The position numbers and the translations under genes were made by a program. The notes beneath the pieces were generated by a model that was not told the DNA's origin, did no database searches, and saw only the letters and a list, made by a program, of their open reading frames with translations. A stretch of DNA of 64,000 nt from Octopus vulgaris. Taxonomy: Eukaryota. Shown piece after piece: positions 17,031-31,489 of the stretch. Where the stretch lies: contig OX597842.1 in NCBI GenBank assembly GCA_951406725.2, positions 17,298,001 through 17,362,000 of the forward strand. Reading direction: 5' to 3'. Every line of letters starts with the position of its first letter. Positions within the stretch are counted from its first letter, which is position 1.

Positions 17031-17929
17031 CGACGCTCACGTGTTAAGAGAATATTAAGAATGAATAATTATAAAAGCTGATTGATTTAAAATAAGTTAC
17101 AAGTTCAAACAAGAAATATCCGGTGACTCTTTGAAACGTTGAGACATAAACCAAATAAATAATTTTATTCAACTTTTGGCACAAGGCCAGCAATTTCAGT
17201 GGGGGTTTAAGTCGATTACATCGATACTAGTGTTCAAGTGGTGCTTATTTTATCGACCCCGATAAGATAAAAGATAAAGCTGACCGTGAGGTAATTTGAA
17301 TTCAGAACGTGTAGGCAGATGTAATGCCGCTGACAATTTTGCACGTGCGCGGCAACGATTCAGACAGCACGTCGCTTTACAAAAGGGAAATATTGATAAC
17401 TAGCTTCTGTTTGTGAAAAGAAAACTAGAGGTTAATCAACAGATAATATTGATTGATTTGTTATAAGTAAATATTTTTTTAATTTTCTCAAAAGGTAATA
17501 TAGTATGAATATTTTACGCGCTTAAATAACCATAGTTTACATAAGTAAAAAGAAGACAGACGTATACTTATATATTCATTTATACACACACACACATACA
17601 CATACACACACATATATCTTGTACTCTTGTACTTGTTTCAGTCGATGTCAAATCTGGCATTAACAGTGAATATAATCTTGGCCAAATCCGAACTCACAAC
17701 GCTGGATTACACTAAATATTGAAAGAATTTTGTTTCCTAATTCAAAGGGGAATTCGTAGCATTCATTCCTTTCTAGGGGAACATTATCAACGTTTACTTT
17801 AAATCGAAATACAATCCAAAGCATGGCTTCATTTCAATAAGATTTGGATTCTCGTCCTGTACTCATTGACCACAGTTTTTTCGAGGGCATTAAGTGTAAT
17901 TTATCTAGTGCATAAATAAAAATTTAAAG

Positions 17930-18501
17930 CTATCGATATATTGCCAAGTTAAAATAACATCGTTTCGCTCACCATGCATACAAACGCAGTCGACTTCTTT
18001 CAAGCGGTTTATTTGCTAAGATCGATGGATAGAAACAGTTGCTGTTGATAAGCTAACAAAGCTACGGTTGAAACTGATAATTTACTTACATTCTTAAGAG
18101 CAAAGCATTCTGGAGAGAAAGACAAACCTGGAATTTAAGAACTTATTTAACGAAAAGTGAAATTACCTGGTGACGACTTCTGGTGTAAGAGGTAAAGAAA
18201 TTTCAAGTTGGCCTTCGATTTTATAAGAGTGGAAGAACTCGGGAGAGATTGTTTTAAAGACATCATCTATTAAAAGCCAATGCAAAAGGAAATAAACTGT
18301 GAAATATCCTGAATTTATTCTTAAATTATCAGAACGAAGAGAATAGGAATAAATAAAAGAAAGCTTGTTTATCGAGACTAGGAAAAGGGGACGTTAAAAG
18401 GCAGAAGCTTATTGTTTGCAGTGGGACACGTTTGGTTGGTCGGTTTTGCAACTAAAAGTGAAGTTTACTTAACAACCCTGTAACAGTCATGAATCTGAAA
18501 G
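17930..18501 (+). other. Orphan or alternative promoter plus first exon of the PAN gene family (ATG 18489, MNLKG, donor AG|GTAAGT)
   Basis: Homologous to 22810-23339 and 55905-56720. No PAN exon was found before the next first exon. The TATA position is degenerate (ATACAAAC). Confidence 0.6.
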
Positions 18502-19794
18502 GTAAGTGAATTAATAATATTAAGAATGAAAAGAGAGATAATTACTGAAATTGTTTTTATAATTCTATGATATAAAATACTGTAGCTGACTTGTGCTTTT
18601 ATTACACTCGGTTTACCATTTTCATTTTCCACTTCCGATGAGAACGCAAAGGACGGAGATGGATTTGTAGAAATCATGGATCGACTGATCAACTATCCTT
18701 TCTACTCTGTCTTGAAACTTAACGTTATGATTTCGAATTTTGCTGTGATTTAGGATTTAATGTAGATAGACAGATTTAAAATAAAGAAATAGATATGAAA
18801 ATAGGGTAATAAGTCTTAGGATAGTGATTAGCGAGCTGTTGAATATTAAAATAAATAACATTGGGCAAATGTTTTCTTGTCTGGTGCCTGGAATATTTCA
18901 AGGAATACCAAATGATTTTGTCTGCTAAATTCAAAACTTACTCCAGTTTTTCTTTATCAGGTCTGGTTTTCTGACTAGACCTGATAGAGCAAGTATTTTA
19001 TTCTTACAAGAGGCATATAATATGAATCAGTAAAGAGAGATTATTACTAAAATTGTTTTTATAATTCTATAATCTAGAATACTGTAGATGACTTGTGCTT
19101 TCGTTACATTCGGTTTACAGTTATTATTTCTCATTTCCACAGAGAACGGAAAGGACATGGATGGATTTGTAGAAATCATGAATCGACTGATAAAATATCT
19201 TTAGTATTGAGTCACGTCTCTTTACATTCTCTTTAGAATCCCACCGTGGCGGATATTGTGCTTCGTCTGCGTGTCTCGTATGTTCCTTAAGTCCATAAAA
19301 GAAATCATTTATAGACAAAGAGCTGTGAATGAGAGAATCAATGAACCTCTCTCGAATTAAAATGTCACTATCTAATCTCGATTCGACTTTCACTTTCGTT
19401 TTCAACGAAATGAGAAAACAAAGCTTAAGTAACATCGAATCAATCATATATCTTTGCTTAAGAAAAATCCTGATTTTCTACCAGTGTTAAAATAGTAAAG
19501 TTTCAGATAATGAGTAATATTTAAGGATATAAAGGTTAGGATTCCTGGCTGTAATTCAGGAGCCACGGTTTCCATTCCCGTCACAGAAATGGTACTGATT
19601 TTAGGTGCAGGTGTTCCTGTACAGTAAGAATTTGATTTCCAACCACATAGTTCCGGGTTCTGTCCCACAGCGTGGCACCAGCGGTAGGGGCAATTTAGTT
19701 TAAATCTGAGCCGACAAAACCCTTGTGAATGTATGTATGATTGACGAAAACTGAAAGAATCCCGTCCCAGACACACGCGCACCCACATCTATCC

Positions 19795-19825
<31 letters not shown>

Positions 19826-19988
19826 CATCTATCTATCTATCTATCTATCTATCCATCTACCTACCTACCTACCTACCTACCTACCTATCTATCTATCTAT
19901 CTACCTACGTACGTACCTATCTATCTATCTATCTATCTATCCGTCTGTCTGTCTGTCTATATGTCTATCTGTCTGTCTCCGTCTGTAC

Positions 19989-20037
<49 letters not shown>

Positions 20038-20040
<3 letters not shown>

Positions 20041-20210
20041 CTGTGTGGTGACTAGCTTGCTTACCTACCACATGGTTCCGGGTTCAGTCCCACTGCATGG
20101 CACCTTGGGCAAGTATCTTCTACTATAGCCTCGAGCCGACCAAAGCCTCGTGAGTGGATTTGGTAGAAGAAAACTGAAAGAAACCCGTCGTATATATGTA
20201 TATATATATA

Positions 20211-20251
<41 letters not shown>

Positions 20252-20450
20252 CCCCCCAACATTGCTTCACAACCGATGCTGGTGTGTTTACCTCCCCGTA
20301 ACTTAGCGGTTTGGCAAAAGAGACCGATGGAATAAGTATTAGGCTTACAAAGAATAAGTCCTAAGGTCGATTTGCTCGACTAAAGGCTGTGCTCCAGCAT
20401 GGCCGCAGTCAAATTACGGAAACAAGTAAAATAGTAAAAGCGTAAAAGAG
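20038..20450 (+). mobile_element. tRNA-derived SINE (family B, internal microsatellite, GTAAAAGA tail)
   Basis: GGCTGTGTGGT..GGTTCAGTCCC..CCTTGGGCAAGT. Further copies at 21922-22500, 26856-27273, 45484-45970, 46700-47080, 47212-47483, 51780-52040 and 58260-58450. Confidence 0.85.
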
Positions 20451-20993
20451 TAATAAAATAATGTACGGCATACATTATTATATTACACAAGCAGTATCGC
20501 CCGGCGTTGCTCGGGTTTGTTTCTACCTGCTCGAATTAGAATGTTTGAAAAGTAAATCTTTTGCATTATGTAGCTTGTTATTCTCTTCAAGTGAAAATTT
20601 TTCTGGTTGAAATACACCGAAAAGTGGCGACACAGCAGTGAAAAAATCGTAAAAAATAGGGATTTTCATAGAAAAATGCACCTTTTTTATATAAATAATT
20701 TTTGTGTTAACATGGTCCGATTTGGATTTTTTCTTGTACGGAAGGAAGAGCAAGCCTTCTTCTATCATACTTTCAATTTTGGTCACCTTGCGGCGCAGGG
20801 TCTCGTAGGAGATAGTATTAGTTCAAGGCTACCAAACCTGCCGCACACAGACAACTTCAGCTTTATATAGAGAGAGATAACACACACACATTAATACACA
20901 TACATACACACACACACATGTATATATGTATGGATATATGTATGTATATATGTACATCTGTCCACTTCTTGCCATATTTTTATCCTTCACTTC

Positions 20994-21033
<40 letters not shown>

Positions 21034-22830
21034 GCACGCACGCATGCACTCATACAAACACACACACACCTTCTTAGCTTACAATTTCTTTCTTTCAACA
21101 ATTGACAACTGAAGTACGCTCGACAACGAATACTAACAAAAGTTAGCGACAGATCTCTGTTTCCTTTTTTTTTTTTTTTTGAGGATTGGTTTAAGCATCA
21201 ATAAGAGAAAGTAGCAGAATGTGTGATGTTGAATAAGATTTGCAGAATGAGGATATGATAGTGGTATACACTTGCAAAGAGAAAGTAGGAGAAAGTGTGG
21301 TAATAACAGGAGTAAAGCATTTGAAATGAGAGAGGAAAATCGTAAAATATTGAGTTTTCTCGAATTTTTGCTTAATTGGGGGTGAAATTGAAAAAAATGC
21401 ATATGCCATGACCCAATCGAATCTACTTCGAAAAATCATAGGTAAATTCCAATTGAAGAAATTCTATATTGTACAATTGTATTAAAAAGAAACATAGTCA
21501 CAGGCAGAGAAAATCTAACTTTTATCATAAGAGATACAAAGGAGGGGGACTAATCTCTGAACAGTTGCTCAAAATATAATCTCCTCTAAATATTTATCAT
21601 ACGAGACGCTTCACCGTTTATAAAAATCGTTTGGATAATGTGGTTCTTATAACACACGGTCTGAAAACGGTATGATAATGGCTGCAATTCTCTGACTAAG
21701 AAAGAACTACTCAATCGAGGATCAATGAAACCTGTGGCTAAACAACAGCAACCTTCAATGTCAAATTCCCGAGCTGCCTTCCGTTAAGAGGTCATACACT
21801 TCTCTGAAACTGCTGACTCTACCCCAAATCCTTTCTCATTTGTCCTTCATTCCAAAAATATTTTAGACTTTTAATTCTACTTTATTTGTTATTCATGATT
21901 ATTATTTTTTAACGAGTTTTTATACTTGTTTCAGTCATTTGACTGCGGCCATGCTGGAGCACCGCCTTTAATCGAGCAACTCGACCCCGGGACTTATTCT
22001 TTTTGTAAGCCCAGTACTTATTCTATCGGATCTCGTTTGCCGAACCGCTAAGTAACGGGGACATAAACACACCAGCATCGGTTGTCAAGCAACGCTAGGG
22101 GGACAAACAAAGACACACAAACACACACACGCATGTATATATATATACGACGGGCGTTTTTCAGTTTCCGTCTACCAAATCCACTCACAAGGCTTTTGTC
22201 GGTCCGAGGCTATAGTAGAAGACACTTGCCCAAGGTGTCACGCAGTGGGACTGAACCCGGAACCATGTGGTTGGTAAACATGCTTCTTACCACACAGCCA
22301 CTCCTGCACCTATATATATATATATATATATATATATACGACGGGCTTCTTTCAGTTTCCGTCTACCAAATTCACTCACAAGGCTTTTGTCGGTCCGAGG
22401 CTATAGTAGAAGACACTTGCCCCAGGTATCACGCAGTGGGACTGAACACGGAACCATGTGGTTGGTAAACAAGCTACTTACCATACAGCCACTCCTGCGC
22501 CAATATGTGTAAAGTTTGTAGGATACGTCAATGTGAATCAACTTTAATATTTTATTAGCAGCTTTATCGATCGAAGGTCAATTTATCGATCGAAGGTCAA
22601 TTTAGTACTAACAGTGAAGTTTGTTAGTTAACATCCATACTTTTCTCGAAAGACATTATGAATATCCGCTTGACATCGAAATACAAACATGAACAAGCCT
22701 TCATTAATTCAAGGTCTTAAATCTCTGCTTGTTATGATTGACCGCACTTCATCCAATAACATTAAATATGATATATCCAGGTCAAAAGGCAAAACAAATT
22801 AATCGAAAGCTATCGATATATTGCTAACCT

Positions 22831-22838
22831 TATAAATA
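22831..22838 (+). promoter_or_regulatory. Candidate TATA box of gene A
   Basis: TATAAATA, conserved with its downstream context in the paralogous copy at 55912-55919; preceded by a conserved GCTATCGATATATTG motif. Confidence 0.5.
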
Positions 22839-23326
22839 CAGGCAGCTTGTTTCAAGAGGTATTGTTGCGGAGACGGGTCAATAGAAGCGGTCATTGATTG
22901 GAAAAGTAACGAAGCTGAGAGTGAACCTGATAATTTATAAATAATCGTGAAAGCAAAGTATTTTGGAAAGAAAGCAACGACAATATAAGACTCCAAGTTT
23001 GCGAACGTATTTGAGAAAAGCGAAATAACCTGCGGGCAAATTCTAGAGTCAAAGGGAACGAAGGTTCAAGTTGTACATCTTTCTTAATAAGAGAGTAAAT
23101 AATCTGAAGATATTGTTTTAAGGACATATCATCTTCTTGAAGCTTGAACTGTGAAATATCCTAAGTTTATTCTTAAATTGTCGGAACGAAGAGAATAGAA
23201 AGGAATAAAAGAAATCCTGTTTATCGAAACTGGAAAAAAAGAAATATTAAAAGGCAGAAGATATTGTTTCCAGTGAGATATGTCCGGTTTAAAAGGGAAG
23301 TTTACTTAACAAACTCTGTAACAGTC

Positions 23327-23339
23327 ATGTACCTTAAAG
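23327..23339 (+). CDS. Gene A coding exon 1 (MYLKG)
   Basis: ATG TAC CTT AAA G|GTAAGT joins in frame to GA ATG GAA of exon 2. The ATG, CTN AAA G and donor are conserved in 4 copies. Confidence 0.65.
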
Positions 23340-23409
23340 GTAAGTGAATTAATGATATTAAGAATGAAAAGAGAGATAATTACTAAATTTGTTTTCATAA
23401 TTCTATGAT

Positions 23410-24350
23410 ATGCTTACGATTCTAGCAGCTCTTGATAAACTTTCTTCACTATTTCCTATAAAGGAGTCTATGTCTACTCGAGCAAACTGCACGCAGCCTT
23501 CTGCTTATATTAACCCTCTTTCGTACTTTCTAGGTATGTATAATCTTGCTATTCTTGCCCTTGGGTCGAGTCCTCCATTCATATTGAATTCCTTCCTAGT
23601 TCTTCTGTCTACCTTTGCTAATTCAGTTATCCCCAATCTACAAATGCTGCTGAGTATCTAAGTAATGATACGACCCGAGTATTTACGGCCTTCGCTAGAT
23701 TCGAACCATTTACTTTGATTTCATTAGCTTCCTCACCCTTCTGATGTACTCCTTCTCAATATTCGTTTTCATTTCTGTAGATAGTACTCTGGCAGATTCT
23801 AATACGTCTAGATACTTATAACTCTCTCCTCCTTTCTATGATTTTTATGTCTGGCCATCTGTTAAATGGATGCCTTCGCTGTTGACAACCTTTCTCCTTC
23901 TCATGGCTAATATTACACAAGGCGGCGAGCTGGCAGAAACGTTATAGCACGTCGGGCGAAATGCGTAGCCGTATTTCGTCTGCCGTTACGTTCTGAGTTC
24001 AAATTCCGCCGAGGTCGACTTTGCCTTTCATCCTTTCGGAGTTGATAAATTAAGTACCAGTTTTGCACTGGGGTCATTGTAATCGACTTAATCCGTTTGT
24101 CTGTCCTTGTTTGTCTCCTCTGTGTTTAGCCCCTTGTGGGTAGTAAAGAAATATAATATTGCACACATATCTACGCCAAATTCCATGGCTGTATCTTTGC
24201 TGAAGAGTCTTACAGTCTGTATTAAGGAATCAATCTCTTTTTCATTCGTAGTAAAAAATGCTTCAGATCATCCTTGTAGAGCAAATGGTTAACTGTTCCC
24301 TTACTATTTCTCAAATTATACTCTGCCTTTGCTTTTCTTAATACTAAACT
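23410..24350 (-). mobile_element. R4/Dong-like LINE RT fragment, interrupted by a family A SINE (23921-24150)
   Basis: The minus strand reads NHLLYKDDLK..EIDSLIQTVRLFSKDTAMEFG. Confidence 0.75.
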
Positions 24351-24605
24351 GAGGAAGTGGGTAGCGACATTTCTTCCGGCTCTACGTTAGGAGTTCAAAC
24401 CCCGCTGAGGTCGTAGGCGACCCGTACACCAGGTACATTCACACAGTTTATTCTGTATAAAGCCACGGTCTGGTGGTTAGAGCAGCGGACTCGCGGTCGA
24501 GGGATCGCGGGTTCGAATCTCAGACAAATAGAGAAAGAGACAGAGAGAGATAAATAGACAGAAACGAATGTATGCTGTATACTTGTATGCTTGGATATTT
24601 TTCAG

Positions 24606-24935
24606 GAATGGAAACATCAATTCAATGTCATTTGATTCTCCTGTTGCTGCCAGCTTTGACGCTTGTAGTTTTCGTGACTCCGACGACTGGAGAGTCAGCG
24701 AACAGAAATGGTTTATTCAGAAAAATCTCTTCTTCAAAATGCATAAGTGACCAGAGAATAACAACTGCAAAAACGGTGTCTGCAATAGAATGTTCGAGTT
24801 GGTGCATGTCACAAGACGAATGCCAGTATTTTAGCTATTGTAAAGGTACATGTCATATACATGGATTGTGGTACGACAAAGAAATCGAAGATTATGATTG
24901 CAACTGTTCATTGTATATTTCGTTCCCAGAAAACG
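24606..24935 (+). CDS. Gene A exon 2: signal peptide plus PAN/Apple domain
   Basis: METSIQCHLILLLLPALTLVVFVT; ECSSWCMSQDECQYFSYCKGTC is the PAN signature; TTTTCAG acceptor, G|GTATGT donor. Confidence 0.9.
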
Positions 24936-25457
24936 GTATGTAAATCAGCATTTTCTTGCATAATGTTCTGATTTTGATATATTTTAATCAATAAGAGGGC
25001 GACGGGCTGGCAGAATCGTCAGCACGCCGGGCGAAATGCGTAGCCGTATTTCGTCTGCCGTTACGTTCTGAGTTCAAATTCCCCTGAGGTCGACATTGCC
25101 TTTCATCCTTTCGGGGTCAATAAATTAATTACCAGTTACGCACTGGGGTCGATATAATCGACTTAATCCATTTGTCTGTCCTTGTTTGTCCTCTCCGGAA
25201 AGTGAATACTTTACGGCTGTTTTCAATGATGAGTTTTTAAAATTTATTCTGCGACAGACTGACAGTTGTTCTAGCATTTGTACAAAATGAAAGTGAAAGT
25301 AAGTGTAAATATTACCCTGAGAAACAAAAGGGACATTTTTTCGTTTTTTACCAGTTTGTCCAACACATTCATGTAACTCGTTCCTGCCATTTAAGGGCTA
25401 ACATCTTGTCTATACATTTAAATCTAAATTGTTGATTTCTATTTATTGCTGATTCAG

Positions 25458-25549
25458 GTACAAACTGGCAGAGAATGTTTAAAATGACCGAAAACTCATT
25501 TACAAGGAGTCTTATTTATTTATACTGTGACAAATTTCCTATGGAAAAG
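25458..25549 (+). CDS. Gene A exon 3
   Basis: TNWQRMFKMTENSFTRSLIYLYCDKFPMEK; same 92-nt length as gene B exon 43679-43770. Confidence 0.85.
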
Positions 25550-25823
25550 GTAATGAACTTTTGAAATTTCAAAATTTTCTGCATTTAATAAACGTAGGAG
25601 TGGCTGTGTGGGTAGTAGCTTGCTTACGAACCACATGGTTTTGGGTTCAGTCCCACTGTGTGGCACCTTGGGCAAGTGTCTTCTACTATAGCCTTGGGCC
25701 ACTCCTACACCTATGTTGATAGTTCTTCTTCTTCTTCTTCTTCTTCTTCTTCTTCTTCTTCTTCTTCTTCTTCTTCTTCTTCTTCTTCTTCTTCTCTTAA
25801 TTATTATTATTATTATGATTATG

Positions 25824-25862
<39 letters not shown>

Positions 25863-27061
25863 GAGTGAGAGAGCAGTGCATGTCATCAAAGTGGCACTGG
25901 GGTAAAATATATAAAGCCCAGTATACCCATCATGACTACCTGTCTGATAAGGGTACATCATGCACATGCATCACAACCATATGTGTGCGACATGGTGACC
26001 TCATATCAAGATAAACAGCACATCACCTTGCAGGTGGGGCTCAGTTAGGATTTTCTTCTGGTCGAGTAACCCATCCCGCTCAAAAGGTCCCTGAATAAGG
26101 GTTGTTTAAGGATGTTGAACGAAACACCCATGTTTCCAGAGGTGAATTATTCAATCCCCAAATAATCCCTCTCAACACATGGCTATGATGCTCCCTCAAG
26201 ACTGTCACAATGACTAGAGGGTTAGTTTAGTGGCTTTTAGTTACAGATCTTCACTTTCTGAGTTCAAGTTCCGTCGAGGTTACCTTTGATTTACATCATT
26301 CTAGGGACGATAAAATAACATGACAAACGTCATCAGATCGTAGTGAGAGGATTTCATAGACGTCAACATAACTAAGTGTGTTTGGAGATTGAATCGGTGT
26401 CTTGACCAGGAATACTTTTAGGTTTCAAAGGAGACTGAACAAATAAATCAGAATATCGAATGATTCGTTCTTGTCATCAGTACGTTGGTGTAAGAAGACC
26501 GCAAGAGTTGAAAGGGATTGTGAGCATGGGAACTAATAAAAAAGCGATTTAAGGAGGAATTTGAAGAGAGATTGGACAGCAGATGAAGTTGGATCGATGA
26601 GGAATAAATATTTTGAAGTAGAACAACATGGGGTTTTAACTGCTAAGATTGAAATAAGAATGGTGAGTGTTTATAAGTGTAGGTGTATAGGGTTGAGTAA
26701 ACATGAGTTGGAGGAAGACGGAGAGAGATTATGAGAAGGTTCTGCGTCGGGAAGCAAAACTGTTTGTCTTAAAGTTTGAAAGGAAGAGGTGGAAGGAAGA
26801 AGTTTAGGTCGAAATTTGCGAATATGTAGATACTCTCTCTCTCTCTCTCTCTCTTGTACTCTTTTACTTGTTTCAGTCATTTGACTGCGGCCATGCTGGA
26901 GGAGCACCTTTAGTCGAGCAAATAAACCTCGAACTTATTCTTTGTAAGCCCAATACTTATTCTATCGGTCTCTTTTTGCCGAACCGCTAAGTGACAGGAA
27001 AATAAACACACCAACATCGATGGTGGGGGGGACAAACACAGACACACAAACATATACACAC

Positions 27062-27114
<53 letters not shown>

Positions 27115-28022
27115 CGGCAGGCTTCTTTCAGTTTCCGTCTACCAAATCCACTCACAAGGCATTGGTCGGCCCGAGGCTATAGCAGAAGACGCTTGCCCAA
27201 GGTGCCACGCGGTGGGACTGAACCCGGAACCGTTTGGTTGGTAAGCAAGCTACTCGCCACACAGCCACTCCTGCGGGACGGTAAAAATAATGCTGTTCCC
27301 TCGAGACGAACTTGAGAACAGGGTATAAAGTTACACTCCATCAGGGCCAAAAGAACATAATGGACATACCTACATGCGTACCTACCCCCAACACCTACAA
27401 TCCTTCTGACATCCGCTCCCTACGTCCGTTCATCTCAGAGTCTTGATCAAGAAAGGGGTTGTTTAAAAGCCCCGTTTCTTGACGTCATCTCACTTCTCTT
27501 TTACTTCAGGTTCAGATGTTTCCCTTCATTTCTCCACAGGACATCAATGTGACATTGATGTGGGATTGATTCTTGCTATTTTTACCTTTTGTTTTTGTTT
27601 TTCTTCTGATTTTGTCAGGGTCTTCTACTTCCCACAAATGCAACGAAACTTTTGCAAAGACTCCGAAATCATAACTCATTGGCCCTTAATCCGATTCTCT
27701 GTCTTATAAGTTACCCATCTTTTCCTCCTAAACCCAAAATCTCTCTCTCCCTCTCTCTTAGCTTTGCCCTTCTAACGCTCTATTGCATTTTGCTTCTTCT
27801 TCTCTCTCTCCTCCTCCTCCTCCTCCTCCTATCTCTTGTCTTCTCTAGTCTTTTTCTCTTGTACTCAAAGTCTTACTCTTTCCCCCACTGTCCTCTCTAT
27901 CTCCTTCTCGCCCTCCTACTCTCTCCTTATATCACATCCTAGTCTCCTTTCTCTTCCTACAATTCTGTCCTCCCTCACTCTCTCATATTCGTTACTGATA
28001 CGAGTTTATGTTCCATTTCCAG

Positions 28023-28168
28023 AAGGAATTTCGGTTGACAATAGGAATTGATCATATTATAACTTTCAATGGAACATGGATGAATTCTACATCGTGGCTG
28101 CATAATGAGAAAATCTTTTTTAATTCATATCCGGATTGGAAAAATCTGAAATTTACTTTCAATAAGAA
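28023..28168 (+). CDS. Gene A exon 4
   Basis: KEFRLTIGIDHIITFNGTWMNSTSWLHNEKIFF..; TFNGT..NSTSW and donor GAA|GTATAAAC shared with gene B. Confidence 0.85.
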
Positions 28169-28257
28169 GTATAAACAAACTCCTTATTCATAATTAACAC
28201 CTTCAACTAATTGTTCCATAAGTAATTCTTTTGAACACTTTCACTGTGTGTATATAA

Positions 28258-28495
28258 TTTAATTCAATTTTTATTGACTCAAAGAGCAAAAGCAAGGCCA
28301 TGTAGGGGGACAGGGAGTTATGTACAGGGAGGGTGGTCATACAAAGAGTTCAGGTCATTTCTGGTCAAGAGAGACTTTGAACCGAGCGGTCGTCGGCATC
28401 TTCATTATCTCGTCCGACAGCTTATTCCACGGATCCACAACCCGGACGGAAAAAGCCCCTCTCCTTCGATTGAGATGAAATCGTCGTAGATAGAG

Positions 28496-28553
<58 letters not shown>

Positions 28554-28830
28554 CAATTCAATTCAATTCAATTTTTATTGGCTCAAAAAGTGAAAGCAAG
28601 GTCATGTAGGGGGACAGGGAGTTATGTACAGGAAGGGTGGTCATACAAAGAGTTCAGGTCATTTCTGGTCAAGAGAGACTTTGAACCGAGTTGTCGTCGG
28701 CATCTTCACTATCTCGTCCGGCAGCTTATTCCACGGATCCGCAACCCGGGCGGAGAAAGCCCCTCTCCTTCGATTGAGATGAAATCGTCATAGATAGAAG
28801 TTTTCGGAGTGACCCCGCAGCCCACGCTAA
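28258..28830 (-). mobile_element. Duplicated LINE-like 3' end with AATAAA and (AATTG)n tail
   Basis: 28258-28493 and 28551-28797 are near-identical and separated by (TA)n. Confidence 0.6.
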
Positions 28831-29130
28831 CTTTACAGATATACTTTATATCCCATTGTTGTATAATATTATAATTCCATAATAATAATCATTTCTTCCA
28901 TGGGTAGAACGTCTGATAGTTTGTTGGGGGCGGGTGAGATTAGTCGATTTCATCAGTAACAGTAACAACTGGTAATTATTTCAACGATCCGCGAAATATG
29001 TAAAAGACAAAATCGACTTCGGCAATATAGATCGATACTAGGGTCATAATTATGGGTGACAATTTCATATGACGCCGCTAGAAAAAAACTGCCGTTCAAA
29101 CCGAAAAGATCCTAAATTGTATATAAAACA

Positions 29131-29434
29131 CTAGCAGTATCGTCCGGCGTTGCTCGGGTTTGTAAGAGAAATAACTATATAAGCATTTTTAGAGAGTTAC
29201 TTCCCTTATATAAACCGAGCAAAAAATGCATTAAAAATGGGAAAAAATTATGGTAATTTTTTTTTAAATCGTAGACGCATCGTAGACACGCGCTAATACG
29301 CAGAGAAACTCGATATGAATCACAACTATAAGATACCCGCTTTTGGTTAAACTGCACCGTAAAATGTGGGAGTAGTAAGGAATTTAAACCAGCGGAGACA
29401 GAGTCTGACACAACTTCATTTTTATATATAAAGA
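29131..29434 (-). mobile_element. Non-autonomous Helitron-like element
   Basis: The minus strand begins A|TC and ends with a GC-rich hairpin plus CTAG|T. Related copies at 20489-20872 and 30225-30478. Confidence 0.65.
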
Positions 29435-29566
29435 TTAATATCAGAGATGAAATTATATATTCATTGATTTAATTAAACAGAACCGATTATTGTAAATAAA
29501 GTCGTAAAAATGTTTTCTTTATGTTTAAGTTTATTAAATTAATCAATTGTAATATATTAGTTTCAG

Positions 29567-29673
29567 TTACCCGTACTTTAGCGCCGAGTTTGATAATAAT
29601 TGGACGTTAGAAGCCTATAGAGAAAGTGGAAACGTCGAAAAGTACGATATTCCTATGGAAGATCCATCTGGTA
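29567..29673 (+). CDS. Gene A exon 5
   Basis: YPYFSAEFDNNWTLEAYRESGNVEKYDIPMEDPSG; TTTCAG acceptor, GTAAGT donor; 107 nt as in gene B. Confidence 0.85.
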
Positions 29674-29933
29674 GTAAGTAAAATATATCTTCTTACCTTG
29701 AATGCAAGTGATTGTATAATTCCCTCTGTGTGTATTTGTGTGTTTGTGTTTGCGTGCGCGCGAACACCGGTTGTTTTCAAAAAGCATTGTCTCATACATG
29801 AATACATAATCCATAAATATTTTAGAGTGGTTCTATACTGTCAACTTAACGTGACAGTACTGTAAGGGAATTACACCACCGCTGTTTAGCACTAGGAAGC
29901 ATGTCGATGCTTCCTAGGGTTAAACAGATAAAC

Positions 29934-30027
<94 letters not shown>

Positions 30028-30475
30028 CTTAATCTTTCTTTCCATCTCTTTCCATATTCTTCAAGTGGCGATTAGAATTCGTTTCGGAGGCGAGGCAAGT
30101 TAACGGTACTAATGAGCAAAAATAACTACGAAATATCGATATCTGTTGTACACGTTCACTTTCGGAACAGTTTCGTTTCGCTTAGTTTTCAAGTATACAG
30201 TGTCTTTTAATATTATATATCTTTAAATGGATTTAGAGAGCTACTTCCCTTATATAAACCGAGCAAAAATGCATTAAAAATGCGAAAAAAAGATGGTAAA
30301 TTTTTCTTATCATCGTAGACTCATCGTAGACGCGCGCTAATACCCAGAAGGGCTCGATATGAATCACGACTATAAGATACCCGCTTTTGGTTAAACTGCA
30401 CCGCAAAATGTGGGAGTAGTTAGGAATCTAAATCGGAGGAGACAGACTCTCACACAACTTCAGTTTTATATATAA

Positions 30476-30532
<57 letters not shown>

Positions 30533-30662
30533 CATATTTAAATATAGATAGGTTGATAGATAGATAGCTAATACATAGATAGAGAGTGAGAGAGAGATAT
30601 GTGTGTGGGTATTGAGTTAATTTAATAAATTTTTAACAAATCTATCCTTTCGTATTTTTCAG

Positions 30663-30712
30663 ATGTGGCATGGCGTTACTCACAACTGGTCTTCTCAGTA
30701 CTTTTAAAATAG
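30663..30712 (+). CDS. Gene A exon 6 (terminal)
   Basis: VAWRYSQLVFSVLLK*; 50 nt as in gene B; homologous 3' flank. Confidence 0.8.
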
Positions 30713-30974
30713 AATACATATACAATTCCAGAAATTACATATTTTTACATACATACATAAATACATACATACATACATACATACATACATACATACATAC
30801 ATACATACATGCATACATACATACATATGTAAGTACATACATATCGATACACATGCATATTTTTACATACATACATACATACATAAATACATACATATGT
30901 AAGTACATACATAACCATATTCATGTAGATAGATAGATACAGAGAGACGGAGAGAGAGAATTAGATAGAAAGAT

Positions 30975-31056
<82 letters not shown>

Positions 31057-31148
31057 TAGACAGGCAGAAAAACATACAGAGAGTTTTGAAAGAGAGAGAG
31101 GTAGACAAATATATATATATATATATATGTCGAGAGAGAGAGATGTGC

Positions 31149-31213
<65 letters not shown>

Positions 31214-31309
31214 TGTTTGTATATATATATATACATATATCTATAGAAATATCTATATATATATATAAATATATATAGATATATGTATATATATATATAT
31301 GTATATAGA

Positions 31310-31489
<180 letters not shown>

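Larger units (their letters stand above)
23327..30712 (+). other. Gene A span: secreted PAN/Apple-domain protein, 6 coding exons, ~245 aa
   Basis: Exons 23327-23339, 24606-24935, 25458-25549, 28023-28168, 29567-29673 and 30663-30712 splice with GT-AG, phases 1,1,0,2,1, into a stop-free ORF. Every exon is mirrored in gene B. Confidence 0.85.

Noticed and set aside
24572-24605. ORF-track N-terminal extensions of the PAN ORFs (also 46550-46619)
   Set aside because: Intronic: they lie upstream of the conserved TTTTCAG acceptor and are not conserved between paralogs.
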